Under the pieces are notes generated by a model. That model had not been told where the DNA came from. It made no database searches and saw only the letters and a list, made by a program, of their open reading frames with translations. Positions 12,550 to 27,215 of a DNA stretch of 64,000 bases are shown here, piece by piece (position 1 is the first letter of the stretch; the number at the start of each line of letters is the position of its first letter). The DNA is taken from contig OZ024743.1 in the NCBI GenBank assembly GCA_964016885.1, forward strand, positions 300,080,001 to 300,144,000, written 5' to 3'. Position numbers and translations under genes: made by a program. This stretch comes from Eledone cirrhosa (lineage: Eukaryota).

Positions 12550-13985
12550 ATAAGATCAAAAGATGGTTAAAAGAGTTCCAAGTATTTTATTATGCGCATA
12601 TCAAAAACAAATATCATCATGGGATGATATCTGCGTTCTCATCAGATAAAATAGGGAGACATGATATGAAGCTTAAAAAACACCTGTGAGCAGTGAAGTT
12701 TTAAATCAACATATGAAAAATAAACTAAGATGGATGTATGAGATCGGGAAAAAATGAGGGGGGAGTAGGAAAAGGTAAGGAAGAGGAAGAGAGAAAAATA
12801 AAGGATAGTGGGGGAGGAGTATAAGAAGGAAGGATGAGAGAGGAGGAGAAATGAGTGATAGAGAAATAGCCTTTACAACTGAGAAAACATTGTCTCACAG
12901 AGAGAAATTAAAAAACCGTTGGAAGATAATAGATAATTTAAAAGATTTTGAAATTAAAAGTTAATGAGGTTTATGCATGAAGAAAAATGAATTAAGAAAA
13001 GTATTAAATTAAGGTTTGTATATTGAAGGGTTTAATAATATGTGCGAAAAAAAAATTATTAATATGTATTATTAAAATAAAATTATTAATGATATTAAGG
13101 ATATAATGTGAAAGAAGGAGAAGAATAAATGAATTATGAACTTAGAGGAATTAGTTAGGGTTTAAGTTTGTTTTTATGTATTGTAATATGTAAACGTAAA
13201 TAGTAGGTTTAAAACGAGCACGAAAGGAGAGAAGAAAAAAGGAAGTTTAAGGAGGAAAATATCTATCGTCAAAAAGTATATATGTTTACGAACATTTTCT
13301 AATGGTAATATTATAATATATTAATAAAGGAATAAGTTAGGCTTTAAGTTTGTTTTTATGTATTGTAATATGTAAAAGTAAAAGTAAATAGTAGGTTTAA
13401 GACGAGCACGGAAGGAGAGAAGAAAAAAGAAAGATTTTAGGAAGAAAACATATCTAACGTCAACAAGTAGATATGTTTACGAAATCTTCTAATGGTAATA
13501 TTATAATATATTTAAAAAAGTACAGATTAGAGATTAGAAATTAAAAAAGAAAAAAGGAAGAAAGGAACATGATAAAGAAGAAAGATAGAGGATCATAACG
13601 ACATAGAATGAGTAAATTGTATTATATAATATATAATACTGAAATAAGGTAGAACGATGGGTATATTTGTAAAAGATATAAAAGCCTTTGAGAAAAGAAG
13701 ATTTTAAACTAATTCGGTATTGAGATATTAGCTGTATACTTTATGGAATGTTCTATGGGATGTATGCAAGCAGACCGAAAATAAATCCGTGCGTCTATTT
13801 ATTATAGAATTTAAATTAGATATAATGGTAAATTTCTCAGCTAGGCATAGCTTACATGTTCTGGATAGGGAAGAATTCAGGTAAGGAAAGGTGGTGAAAA
13901 CCTTCCTCCAAGAGATGTTATAGTTAATATTTTTATCTTTTAAGGACCATATGATTTCCGAGAGTACCGTGTTATATAAGTTTTA
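12550..13985 (-). mobile_element. PLE 3' fragment (GIY-YIG C-terminus, long 3' UTR with about 185-bp tandem duplication, pLTR)
   Basis: 13735-13980 minus reads TVLSEIIWSLKDKNINYNISW..TCKLCLAEKFTII..INRRTDLFSVCLH. HHR-like motif at 12583. Confidence 0.7.
12583..12653 (-). ncRNA. Hammerhead, core mutated (GAAA to GATA)
   Basis: TATTTTAT-CTGATGA, long stem II (GATATCATC/GATGATATT), GATA-TGCGCA-TA-ATAAAATA. Confidence 0.7.
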
Positions 13986-14418
13986 TGCTTTAACTCATGT
14001 AGCTGAGTGTGTAATCCACTAAGAAAAAAACACTCAACGTCATGTGTATCTTGCATGGCATAGGTTGTACAGAAACGGAAGTCAATATTTCAATGAGAAG
14101 CATGAAGGTAGAGTCATTATGAATTCCTTAGTTTTGCATAATGCGTATTTCTGTGGCGGATTAACCTACGTTATCAGAACTTGACATACTAATATAGCTA
14201 ATACGGGTCGTCTCCGTATTAATAATTCTTTGATTTTGTTCTTACTTTTGTTGTGCTTCTGTAAGGATTACTTAACTAAATCAATTATGTTCATTATATC
14301 TGATGATGTCACCGATTTGTTGCGTCATGTTCTGTTGACGAAAGTTAATTCGCCACAGAAATATTTATGCATCAATATTTGAAGTTATAGGAATCCGGCT
14401 CTTTGATAGTTTTCATTG

Positions 14419-14496
<78 letters not shown>

Positions 14497-15307
14497 TGTC
14501 GCATACATTACCACCAAACACACGGCCATACACCCACCATCTTTCATCTCAGTACCTTTGCTTTCTCCGTGTTTCCTCTGTCACTTTTTAACCTGTAATC
14601 CATCGTAACATTCGATCCTGTAAATATCATGTCGGACACACCACCACCACCAAGAACATCGCCATATTTCCGCAACCATCAACATCACATACCACGCCTA
14701 TCACCCCTCCCTAAACAACGCATGTGTGGGTTTCTGTGTGTAAGAATGTTTTTACAACCACCATCCCCACATGGGTATGGATATTTATCAGGCTACGTGT
14801 GAATATATATGTATCTCCTTATGGAATGGAGCCCCCTTAACAATCCTCTATCACCCTACCATAAACACCGCAACCTGTCATCCTTATCATAATAAACAAC
14901 ACCACACCCACACCACGCACAAAAATCAGCCACATCTACATATATACATATATTTATATAAGTGGAAGCTTAGTAAAATCGAAGCTTTGGCTGTGGGCAA
15001 GCAAAGTCGACCTACAATAGGAATGAGTTAGCAAAGCACCCAGAGTAATAACATATATATATAAAGTAAAGAGCCGATTAACACAGATAAACGATACAGT
15101 AGGGATTATTTCTAGCATTTACATATGCTTCATCACCTTATTTTATTGTTGTTGTTGTCTTGAAATCACTATTCCCAATTGAGTTAGTTTTCACTGTTTG
15201 CTGCTTTGACTTATGTCACTCTTGTAATTATTTATACTAAACTCGTCCTATGACTAAGTGCTCTACCCTTGGATATTTCAACCTAACTTTTACTACAGTA
15301 TATATAC

Positions 15308-15391
<84 letters not shown>

Positions 15392-16439
15392 GGGAGGTGC
15401 ATGTGTGTATGACGATGTGAATATGAGAGTTATAGACAATCATTTAAAATGTCTCTTAGCGATTTCTTTCCCTTCAGCTCGAAAGGCAATTATAATATGT
15501 TGATAATATATCATTTACATTATCTATACGTTACATTCTATCTAACAAAATTAATGCTGTTGACACCAATGTGTGATGTCGCTTGCCTATAGAGATAGAT
15601 TGGACTCTACTTCAGCAAATCTTGCAAATTGATTCATTTTAATTTACTGGAATAAGTTTAACTCTTGTTGACATCTGTACATGCCATCTAAAACGAATTT
15701 TCCTGCAATAAAAAACACACACACGCACACATATATATATCTATATCTATCTATCTATATATATATATATATAAACACTTTTTAATCACTTTTCTGATCT
15801 AGTCGGGTCCCCATTAGTAAGCGTGTATATCATCTAATTGACCAGAAGGAAACTTGTATTTGATGAGCTTATTTACCAATTGCATCTAACTAGTAGTCTA
15901 ACATTGACGTAATAATTTGGATATAATCTGCGCTCGTTTTGGCAGTTAAAATATATATCAAGACATGCACGAAGCAGGCGAAATGTACGATAAATTTATA
16001 TAGAGAGATTTGGTAACGAAGACTACGCCAATGTATATATAAGTATACAGGTTTGCAATATAAAGATATGTAAAACTGCACGCAAATACAAATTTTCCTC
16101 TAAATTGAAGATATGATAAATACCCTTTAATCGAATTTCAGCCATAGTTGGGTCCTTATCAGCACGTGTAAAAAGAAACCCGTACATCATGGGTTTATGT
16201 GCCTATTCGCGAACGGTATTATTCGGGAATGTGTGTACTAATTTGCATAAAACTAGAACTTGCGTTGGTATTTAGGTTATATATTACGAATGGTGATATT
16301 TGCCATACAATTTTTTTATTGTTATATCTATTCGTCTGACGCAAAAGACTTTTCTTCTTTTAACATAGTTTTCTCTATAACGAATGTCTGGCACATGACA
16401 ATCTAATGATTTTATTCTGTCCCTTTAACTGTGATGGTA

Positions 16440-16657
16440 GCGGTGGACTGGCAGTTGCGGAAGAGGGTCGGACGCCATGCTTGCAGCATAGAATTACGCC
16501 CCTTTACGGTCTGATTTCTTATCCCGCGCAGGTTAACTTTGCCTTTTATCCTTACGTGGTCGATAAAATAAAGCAACAGTAATGTACTGGGGTCGATTTA
16601 ATCGACTTTCCCCTTCCCCCAAATAACTGGCCTTGTGCTTATACAAGAAATCATTAT
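16440..16657 (+). mobile_element. tRNA-derived SINE with Nin/Deu-like core
   Basis: A-box-like tggcagttgcgg, core gtcgataaaataaagcaacag, family tail. Confidence 0.8.
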
Positions 16658-17667
16658 AACCTGCTGTTTTCCGGAGTCGTTCATTGATATTTGGCCTAGA
16701 ATAGTTGGCCTAGAATAGTTGGCCTAGAATACATATACTCACACATTTGCATATATATATATATATATATATATAGTAATAATAATAAGGGTTGACGGAC
16801 CCACCATATTTATCAATGCCAGTACCGGTTGTATCTCAGCGCACTCAAGGGGCAATCTAAGATACATTACCAGAGTATACTCATAGTTATTTGCCTCAAC
16901 ACAACACACGTAAATCGGGTGCCTATAAGGTTCCCGGACTCGAGTTTCTGCAACACTAACGCAGCAGTAAGGTGCACTGCACCATCTGTCTGCATATATT
17001 ATGCAACAATGCACCATCGGATTATGCTGCTTCATCAGCGGGTATCGCCTAATCAATAACCAATCGATCGACATAATCCAAACACCGGCCCGCGCCGGTC
17101 ATGACTGTTTGTGGCAACCGACAGGGTAAAGCGATTAACTGGCAACCGATAGGACTCTATCTCTCAACTAGCCACTGATTCATACATTTTACGTGGGGAC
17201 GGTAAGCTAAAAAGAATCAATCTATTAGTTCCTGTCAGAAGGACTCAGCCAACGTGTCTCACACACAAATTATCAAGGGGTGAAAAGATGGTTATTAGTA
17301 ATAGCAGTTCACATTGATATAAAATAGAATTGTAGCATTCGGTTCATGTCTCCAAGCCCCATGGCTAGAGGAGAGCGACGGTAACAATGGTAGTGCCAAT
17401 AACCTTTAACGGACATTAAATGCGATCATCCATTATATACCAATATAGTAGCGAGCTGAAATGTGTCAGCCACGTGCATAGATAACCAGTATAATTCACA
17501 ACTTAAAAGATATATTTATATATATATATATACATTTATTCATTTGCTTATACCTGCTCTGCTTGAACACTCTACTAAATATTAACCCCTCTGTAATATT
17601 TAACACGGCTAGCCCAAGCATTGAGCCCACCCCACTTCGGCTATCGGCATTTTGTAAATTGTATCGC

Positions 17668-17740
<73 letters not shown>

Positions 17741-19980
17741 CTCTTACGATACATATATCCTCTTATTATCACGCTCCTTGTAGTTGAGCTCAACACGATA
17801 TTTGCCATCATGTTGGAGAAGCAACCGTTACCTATATCTCTCAAGTCTATACCTATACCAAGCAAAAAAGCTTACCCCAAGCAAATTATTACAGTCACCT
17901 ATTCATTCACATGTAGGATAAGATAGAAGGCCTACCATTTGGACAAAGATGCAGTAGCTAAGGACAAGTACGGATTAAAGAACCCAGCACACAACACCCT
18001 GTTGGACACATTTGAAAATGATTTGCTAGATATGATCAAGAACTTCAGATATGGAACAAGATACAAATGCACCAGTGATTTCTTGAACTCTTTGGACACT
18101 CTATAACCAATATTAGGAAAGATAAACACTTATATGTACCCTCTCACAAAACTAAAAACCTATATAAGTTAGATATAACTAGATACATGCAGTTCATCTC
18201 TAATGAATTAAACAAAAATTACAATAAAACAACCTAATAGCACACTTAACCGCATACATAGATTAGGTAAGAACATAGTAACTAGCTTAGATATTTATAA
18301 ATACACCTATCCTTACAAAACTACGACACCGAAATACTCTCTTAAGGATCCCAAAAGAAACTTTAACCAAAAACCTTTAGTTAGATTAATATGTCCCTCA
18401 CTTCGGATATAGGTAGAATTAGCAAAATAATCCTGGATAGAATAATACCTGTTTTAAAAATAAGGCCAGGATTTTACTGTGTAATACTTCTGACAAGGTC
18501 ATCATTGGTTCACTAATATACAAGATAGGAATTCACTAACATTTATACAATTCGACATAGATCATTATTACGCCTCTATCTCCCTTATACTGCTAAACAA
18601 AGCCCTAATCTTAGCTTCGTCCAACATCAATATAACTAAGAATGAAATAGAAAGAGTGCTAGCAGCTAGACGAACAATTATTCACTTCGACGCCTCATAC
18701 TGGACCAGAGTCAACCGTCATGATAACATCTACATCACAGTGGGGTCGAGTGACTCTGCACAGGTGACTAATTTAGTTGGGATATACCTCCTGCATAAAC
18801 TTAGAGATGAAATCCCCGGACTACAAGGAGGTGTATATGGAGACGACGCCCGATTTACTGTAAGGAACCACAACCCCCGTGGAATAGAAAGCCTCAATAA
18901 ACCTATTCATAGATTCTTTAAAACATAGACTTTTAAACAATAGACCCTAACCAGAAGATAGGTAACTTCCATGACGTTACATTAGAGTTAGATACAGGCC
19001 TCTATAGACCATACCATAAGCCAGGTGAGGTACTCTCCTACATTAACAAATCCTCTGACCACCCCGCCACTACCCTTAACTCTATAGTTAGAAGCGTCTC
19101 TCACAGAATCTCGAGGCTTTCGGCCAACGAGAAGCTTTTCGACCATACTGCGGATTATTACAACAATGCACTGGCCTAAACGGTATATATCAATTATATT
19201 TCCTACACCCAGGGCACTAATTCCACTAAATTCCCCTCTCACAGGACTAGCATAAATGCGCAACGCACTATTAATGACGGTGAAAGCACCTATAGTAATA
19301 AAAAGTTTAGTAATAGAATAGACAAAGCAATTGGACCAAAACAATATCACAACAACAATAATAATAGGAGAGATAGATCGCTGAACCTATACCCGTCGTA
19401 TTCGGATAATAGAATTAAAAATAATATACTAGATAAATTCCCTGCTTACAGGCACACTAATGGGGACGGTCAATTACCTATGCCTACCAACAAGCATAGA
19501 GTAACACCAGTCGGCCTCCGCGGAGGTAGGTTAGTATATAGGACCAACCAGAATAGAGTGCACAAATGCAATGACCTAACTGCAGCAGTAAAAACACCGA
19601 CCTCGGCATTATTGACTGCACCAGCCCAAAGGCACCACGAAAACGCCGCCGTAATATTTCATGGTTCCGCCCCCCTTACGCACAGAGTGTTGCTTCAAAT
19701 ATATCTAGAATCTTCTTCGATTTCTTAGAGAAAAACTTCCCGCCTAACCATAGACTCCATGAAATCCTCAACAAAAATAATGTCAAAATCTCCTACTGTA
19801 CTACCCCTCACTTAGCTGATCATTTAGCACTTAGCAAACACATGAAGCTCACAAAAATTAAACCTTCCTGTAATAATATTATTAGAATGCCTGTCAACTT
19901 TAACTCTCATAATAATGCGGATAGTCACAATAACATGAACAATAACCAGGATAATAAAGATAAAAAAAAACAATAACATG

Positions 19981-20164
19981 AATAATTGTTTCTACTTTTG
20001 GCACAATGCCAGCAATAATCTCAGTGCATTACTGGTACTTTATTTTATCGATCCCGATAGGCAAAGTTAACCTCGGCGGGTTTTGAAATCAGACCGTAAT
20101 TGGGCGTAACTCTATGTTGCAAACATGGCGTCCGAATTTCTACCGATACTGTCAATCCACCACC
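19981..20164 (-). mobile_element. SINE
   Basis: Reverse complement of family head, core and tail. Confidence 0.8.
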
Positions 20165-20342
20165 ATACAATAACATTAATAATAATTACATTATATGGAA
20201 TAGCCGCAATAATAATTGTAGAACTAATAACCGGGATGGAAACCATGGCAGTGGTAGCAATGGTAATACAGATAACGGCAATAGGAACAGTAGGAGTAAC
20301 CTCATATCACAAAACTGTAATTGTAATAATACTAACGGTGAT

Positions 20343-20534
20343 AATAATTGTTTCTACTTTTGGCTCAAGGCCAGCAATTATCTTAAGGTATTACTGGTGC
20401 TTTATTTTATCGACCCCATAAGGATGAAATGCAAAATTAACCTCGGCGGGATTTGAACTCAGACCGTAAATGAGCGTAACTCTATGCTGCAAACATGGCG
20501 TCAGACCCTCTACCGATACTGCCAATCCACCACC
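20343..20534 (-). mobile_element. SINE
   Basis: B-box gagttcaaatcc on minus strand, core ggggtcgataaaataaagcaccag. Confidence 0.85.
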
Positions 20535-21410
20535 ATTGATCCACTAACGGTGATAATAATACTGATAATAATAATAATGATATCAGAGGCTCTTACTACA
20601 CTAGAAACAACAGCAATAAATATAGCAACTGCAGAAACCCTAACAACTGCCCACTCCAGGACCACCGCCTCATTAAACATGTTATTTACAAGTGCACAGT
20701 AACTACAAACAATAGCACGAAGTCTTACATAGGCGCCGCCTCTAATGAGTTCAAGACAAGCTTTAGATTGCACCGCCACTCGTTTAGGAATAAGAACCAC
20801 AGATTATCTACCTCCCTTGCTAGCTATCTCACACAATTATTAGAACCTAACATTAGCTACACTACCCGGTGGAGTATAATAGACCAAGCAGCTCCTTACA
20901 ACTTTAAGAAAAAATTACAGCTATGCCTGATGGAAACTTACTATATAGTACGCTCGCCCTACACACTTATTAATAGCAGGACAGAAACCGTTATGAACTG
21001 CCATCACAGACTACAGCACTCAGTCTATAATACGGCACTCGACCCAATGTAACCATCAATCTCCACCTTATTTTCAATTATACCACCTATACTAGCTTCT
21101 TCTAACAGATCTGCCTGAATACCTTTATATGAGCCTAGTTACTACCCAACACCTACCACAGTAATCCACTCCTCGAAATCATATCTCTAGCTAGCATATG
21201 CAATATTTTGATAAAATGACTTTTCAACTCAGTCACCGTACAATTACCTTCCTTGGGTATTATGCCCACTTTTACAGTGACCATTACGTATTGTTTACCA
21301 TGCACTGGGACGTGAAATCCGACCTTTTTCAGACTCTGGTATGAATATATGTCCAGCCAGCTTGGTTGGTTATATTAACTTTGATAGACATTTGTACTAA
21401 CAAATATACT

Positions 21411-21463
21411 TTCTCTGAAGAGCCTACATTATTCATTAACGTGGGTGAAACATCATGTAAGAA
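21411..21463 (+). ncRNA. Type I hammerhead in PLE pLTR
   Basis: TTCT-CTGAAGA-GCCTAC..GTGGGT-GAAA-CATCATG-TA-AGAA. Confidence 0.75.
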
Positions 21464-21475
21464 TTATATAAATAT

Positions 21476-22125
21476 TTTGTTATAACGATGTACAGAGGGT
21501 ACTTGCAGAAATATGACAACAACATACATAGGTGAGACAGCTCGTAGCATAGGTGAAAGGATAGACCAACACTGGGGGGAACTAAAAGGACGAACAAACG
21601 GATCAGTCCTATACGAACATGCCGGACAACAACATGACGGTAACATAGACGACATAGAAATTAGAATAATATCTAAACATAGTAATGTCCCAGCAGATGG
21701 GCAAATCAGAGAGGCCAGTGAAATAGAACTTAGAAGACCAAGACTAAACAGAAAGAATGAATGGAATAACAACAACACCCAAACACACAACACTGACCTA
21801 AGAGAAGTATAAATAAGTAAATAAAATAAAATAAATAAATAAATAGATAAATAAATAAATAAATACATACACAAGCACAATAACAACAAACACATAAACA
21901 CACACTAGTCACCCAATCACGAACACACATCACACATCAAACAAAACACTATACACACACGCAAACGCACACGCAAACGCAAAATAAAATAAACAAACAA
22001 GCAAATAAATAAATAAATATATAGACAGACTAAATAAAAATGGCGTAGACATACAATGCAACGGGAGGAAACAATAGCACCACTGACGATGTTGCAGATG
22101 TGCAACGAAAGATTTATGATAAACT
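21476..22125 (+). mobile_element. PLE 3' fragment (GIY-YIG plus pLTR with degenerate HHR at 22077-22122)
   Basis: ORF 21513-21812 TYIGETARSIGERIDQH..RQIREASEIE..PRLNRKNEW. CTGACGA-T-GTTGCA/TGCAAC-GAAA. Confidence 0.8.
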
Positions 22126-24642
22126 ATATATATATGTGTTTGTGTCTATATTGTATCTGTATAATTTTTGACCGTCGGTCAGTCAATGGCAACATTGAGG
22201 ACCGAGTAAATTAGATTACCGATATAAAAGACACAGAAGCGAAAAGCGAAAACCAACCAAACAGTGAGTGTGTTCTGTTATTAATTCTGGCAATATTACA
22301 CAAATATGACCCTCCCCAAGTATATCTCTCTCTCTATATATATATATATACATATATATATAAGAAAATGTGTGTTTGTAAGTCTGCGTGTTTGTATGTA
22401 TTTATATATATATATACATATACAGATAGATAGAGATAGAGAAAGAGTGAGAGAGAGAGAGAAAGAGAGAGGGAGAGAGAGGGAGGGAGGGAGGGAAAGA
22501 GAGGGAGGGAGGGAGGGAGAGAGATGGATATGTGTGTGTTGTGTGTATGGGGATGTGTACATGAGTGACATAGAGAATCATTAAAAATTGCCACTAGCCT
22601 TTTGTTTCCTCTCTAGATTTGTGGACAATTTCAATATATTATTAATTCATTACTTATGTCATCTGTACTTTACAGTATATATTAACGGACTAAATTGATG
22701 CTGTTGACACCACAGAGCTATGTCTCTTGCCTGCAGACATAAGCCGGGTTCTGACTTAGTGAAGCATGCAAATTGACATCAGAAATATATTTTAAAATTA
22801 TTGTAAAGATTTTCACTTTTGTATCAAAGACGCTAATCATTTTCTTCACCTAACGTGGACGGTCCTTTATGTAAATTAATAATATCTGGTATATAACATT
22901 CAGTGCATCTCTCCTTCATACACCCATTAATCAGAACAAAATGAACCTAAATTATTTTAATCGTTTTGTTTCGCTTTGTATCAGAGGACGAAACCCAACA
23001 AACACGTCCCCTTCGTTTATCTTTTATATATGTCCTTGAATAGCGTTCTGCCTAAATTTGACCATAGCAATATTTTAACATCAGATCATTCCAAATTTCA
23101 TTAGGGCAACATCGCTGTCTCTTCCTATATTTCTCTTGGGTAATTTTACAGACAGCATGTTGAGCGTTGGGAGATTTGCTTTTATCGTGATTAAAAGTTG
23201 ATTGTTATCTAAATTCTCGAAAATGTAATAGATTAACACTCTTCATTGGCTGTTAACCAGTAATACATCCCATGATAGGTGTTTGAAATATTTCAATGTT
23301 TATTTTTGATTTTGCCTAGTAGGTGAAACAATACACAGAATGATTTAATTTCAAACTGTGTTTATGTGTCCATGCTACTATAACCTCGCTACTGTCTGAA
23401 TCTAAAAGTTTATATCATTCATATTGGTTTTATACATCTACTAACATTTGTTATATCTAAATTTGACTTTGGATTACTAAATTATGCTTTCAGTCATTCC
23501 AAAATCTGTTTGGATACTCATTTCTGTGTTAAGAGATTAAAGAAATCTTGACATCAACGACGTTTTTTAATAGTAGCAAGGCACCTACATAATATAAGTT
23601 TAAAATATTTGAGACCCTATTGAGAACACTTTGCTATTTTCCTACGCTGGTACATGCAGTACTACACAGAAAAAAAATATAACGACGAAATGATCACAAG
23701 TTTAACATTATTCACTATGTCCACGAAATCACACGTGATCTCATTGTTCTTGATAGATTGTGAAATATCATACCGTCATTTGATGTTTTCTATAATTTGC
23801 AATAGGTTAAATATTTGCCCAATGTTGCATCTGCCTTGCTGGAAGACAACCCGATACAAAGGAACGCTGAAATAGAGATATTACTAATGTTGTTATAGGA
23901 CGTAAAATTCATATTGGTCTAAAAAACACAGCCGGTTCAGTCACACAAACCGATAGCAGTTGGTAATTTAAATGTCTTCAGGATATGGGACGTAAACATG
24001 GTGATATCGCATACCTGAAACCCTACATATGCATGCATACACACATACGTATATGCATTCATTCTCAAACGCAGACAAAGGCGGCGGCATTCTCCACAGC
24101 TTCCGTGTACCCAATTTAACACAGAAATCGTTAATGAATCCGATGATATAGAACGTACTTTATGCCTGAAGACTGAACTTGAAGCACGCGGTTGCGCAGC
24201 GAACTGCTTCAAATTAAACTATGCGGGTGCCTATAACTATGTAAATCATCAAATTGGGAATAATTGCTTCATAGTCAATTATCGTAGGAATAGTATGGGT
24301 ATGATTCTGTGTCTAATAAATTAAGTCTTTGATTTCGTACTTTAATTAAGATATAATCGATTCATATGTACACAGTAACAGAAATGTACTAAATATCAGA
24401 CAGAAATTAATTTAAATTATAGTTGAAAGATTCACTTATAATTTGTCTGTATCACGGTCGCCCATCTTCGATAAATATCTGATAACCTTTCCATCAGTTA
24501 GAATGTTACTCTTTTATGTCTCACATTGTGTGATATAATATCTAATAGCCTAGTATATCTTATAATATTTTATAATATAACACCCAACACACATAAACAC
24601 ACATGCTCGCACACACGCGCACGCACACGTACACACAAACAA

Positions 24643-24724
<82 letters not shown>

Positions 24725-24788
24725 GAAAAATTGCGTGCTGTGTTGTTGCGACATGAATATATGAATAAAAATAGACAAGGGTTAAAAT

Positions 24789-24858
24789 GTCCTCTTCAGT
24801 AGTCTTCTGATTTATCGTTGGTATTTCGACGCATTAAAGACTATATACCTAAAATCAG
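24789..24858 (-). ncRNA. Candidate non-circularly permuted hammerhead
   Basis: CTGATTT..GGTA-TA-TAGTCTT..GTC-GAAA-TACC..AAATCAG-AAGACTA-CTGAAGA-GGAC. Confidence 0.7.
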
Positions 24859-25570
24859 TGCGGGCGATAACTCAATTAGGTTATCGGGACAGTGGGAAAA
24901 CGGAGGGAAGAAAACAAATACATGGTGGTATGCAACGAAAAGAGAGGAAACATAGAGACAAGTCAATGAATCACATGGGCATAAGCCCGACATATCAAAT
25001 TGACGAGGGGAAATAGACATGTCCGATCTGCGAGAAGATTGAGAGAGGAAAAATATTCAAGCATGTCAGACGGGAGGAAGTGGGAGGTGGGGGGGGGAGC
25101 AGAGAGGGAGTGAGTGAAAGTGGGAGGAAGGACCAGCCGAGAGTGAGTGATCAGCAGCAGGAGTTGAGGAAGGCAAGAGGTGAAGGAAAGAGAAGGGGTG
25201 TTAGCAATAAGGTAACAGAAAATATACGACTACAGCGAAGGGAAACATTATGTGAATGAAAAATTATGTGCTGCGTTTTTGCAAACATGAATATATGAAT
25301 AAAAATAGACAAGGGTTAAACTGTCCTCTTCAGTAGTCTTCTGATTTATCGTTGGTATTTCGACCTGCTTGAATGTATTCCCTCTCTCAATCTTCTCGCA
25401 GCTCGGACGTGTCTATTTCTCCTCGTCAATTTGATATGTCGGGCTTATACCCACGTGATTCATTGACTTCTCTCTATTTTTCCTCTCTTTTCGTTGCATA
25501 CCACCATGTGTTTGTTTTCTTCCCTCCGTTTTCCCACTGTCCCGATAACTTAATTGACTTATCGCTCGCA

Positions 25571-25640
25571 CTGATTTTAGGTATATAGTCTTTCATGCGT
25601 CGAAATACCAACTATAAATCAGAAGACTACTGAAGAGGAC
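25571..25640 (+). ncRNA. Candidate non-circularly permuted hammerhead (inverted copy)
   Basis: Same motif on the plus strand. It differs from the 24789 copy only in unpaired linkers. Confidence 0.7.
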
Positions 25641-25663
25641 ATTTTAACCCTTGTCTATTTTCA

Positions 25664-25753
<90 letters not shown>

Positions 25754-25947
25754 GATAAATCTACCAAGAGTTTACGGTAGTGTCCAATCCGTATGAAGAA
25801 CTCAATGTAATCCGGATATCATGGAAAGAAGAGATGCATTCAAAAATCACATTCGGTCAAAGATAGACGGAATACAGAGTCAAGATAAAATATTAAAAAA
25901 ATAATGAATAAAACAATGAAACAGTTCCTTATATTAAACAAAAAAAG

Positions 25948-26100
25948 TTCATTATTTAACGATCGTTTCTAGAACATATATGTGTTAGAATTGGCATGCA
26001 TATTCAACAGATCTATGTACAAAATTATACAAAATTATACAAACTATCAAATATAATATACATACCAACACATACATATGCCGTCTTCAGAAATAATGAA
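25948..26100 (-). ncRNA. Type I hammerhead with 114-nt stem II (inverted pLTR copy)
   Basis: Reverse complement of 30308-30460. Confidence 0.75.
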
Positions 26101-26480
26101 ATATATTTATTGATAATAACAACAATTCAAAATTACAGGTCTGTTTGGGAACAGAGTTCAAATTGACCAATGAAATACACAAAAATATATCAAGAAAATA
26201 CAGTTAGGTGTGTGTATATATGTAAGTAACTTCGTTCACAGATATGCATAAAAATATATGTTCACATGCATACGCATGTCGAAAAAATGTATGTAAATAC
26301 AACAATTCAGGGCTAATGTCTCTGTATGTTTATAATCTACAGATAAAATACACATACGTATTTAAACATATATACATTCATATATACACACATATACATA
26401 CATTCATACACACACGCGCATATACACATAAACATACACATACCCACGAACATACACACACACGCACACACACACACACA

Positions 26481-26517
<37 letters not shown>

Positions 26518-26768
26518 GTATATATTATTATTATAACTATATGGATATTAAGGCGCACACATAAACACTGCCACATATATTTACATCTAGATGCAGAAGT
26601 AGGTAAAGGGGGTCAGTAATTACTAAGGGTGTCAGACAACTGCCTATTTATAAAATGTATCTATAAATTTAGAAATAAAAAGAAATATATTAAAAAGAAA
26701 TAAACAAGTAAAATATATACTCATACATAAAATACACATCGATATACATATATATATATATATATATA

Positions 26769-27215
26769 TTTGGATATAATGCTCTGAAATAGCGATATAT
26801 ATGTGAAGACAAACATAGAATATTCGAAAATATTCTGTATGTTTATAATAAACATTTCGAAGACCCAATCGCTATAGAATATAATACGTCACGTATTACA
26901 ATTTGAGATTCTCGATAAAAGCAAGGGAAGTAACCTACGCGTTTCATTCTTATTAGAAATCATCAGGAATACATATCCAGTGCTTTTATCGAGAATGACA
27001 CAGCCAGAGACTTATAGAATACTTAGCTGTGTACAGGAACTGGTTTGAAAGAGCGGTTGCCGGTCCGGCAGAAATTAGAATTTGGATATAATGCTCTGAA
27101 ATAGCGATATATATGTGAAGACAAACATAGAATATTCGAAAATATTCTGTATGTTTATAATAAACATTTCGAAGACCCAATCGCTATAGAATAGAATGCG
27201 TCACGTATTACAATT
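26769..27215 (-). mobile_element. 312-bp retrozyme-like unit x1.4 (same family as 45648-46803), HHR at 26930-26972
   Basis: ttggatataatgctctgaaatagcg repeats 312 bp apart. Minus strand CTGATGA-T-TTCT/AGAA-T-GAAA-CGCG-TA. Confidence 0.85.

Larger units (their letters stand above)
17790..21470 (+). mobile_element. Decayed PLE (RT, GIY-YIG, pLTR) interrupted by two SINEs
   Basis: FIQFDIDHYYASI, ITVGSSDSAQVTNLVG, GVYGDD. GIY-YIG region 20700-21050 (RHSFRN..STSLASYL..LQLCLMETYYI). HHR at 21411. Confidence 0.75.
24726..25668 (-). mobile_element. Non-coding 534-bp unit (x1.2) plus about 295-bp inverted copy in (TA)n, carrying rearranged HHRs
   Basis: acatgaatatatgaataaaaatagacaaggg at 24751 and 25285. 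Segment 25365-25660 is the reverse complement of about 24768-25065. Confidence 0.8.

Noticed and set aside
14295-14355. CTGATGA-T-GTCA..TGAC-GAAA-GTTAAT-TC hammerhead-like motif
   Set aside because: No stem I pairing is visible, so it is not counted.
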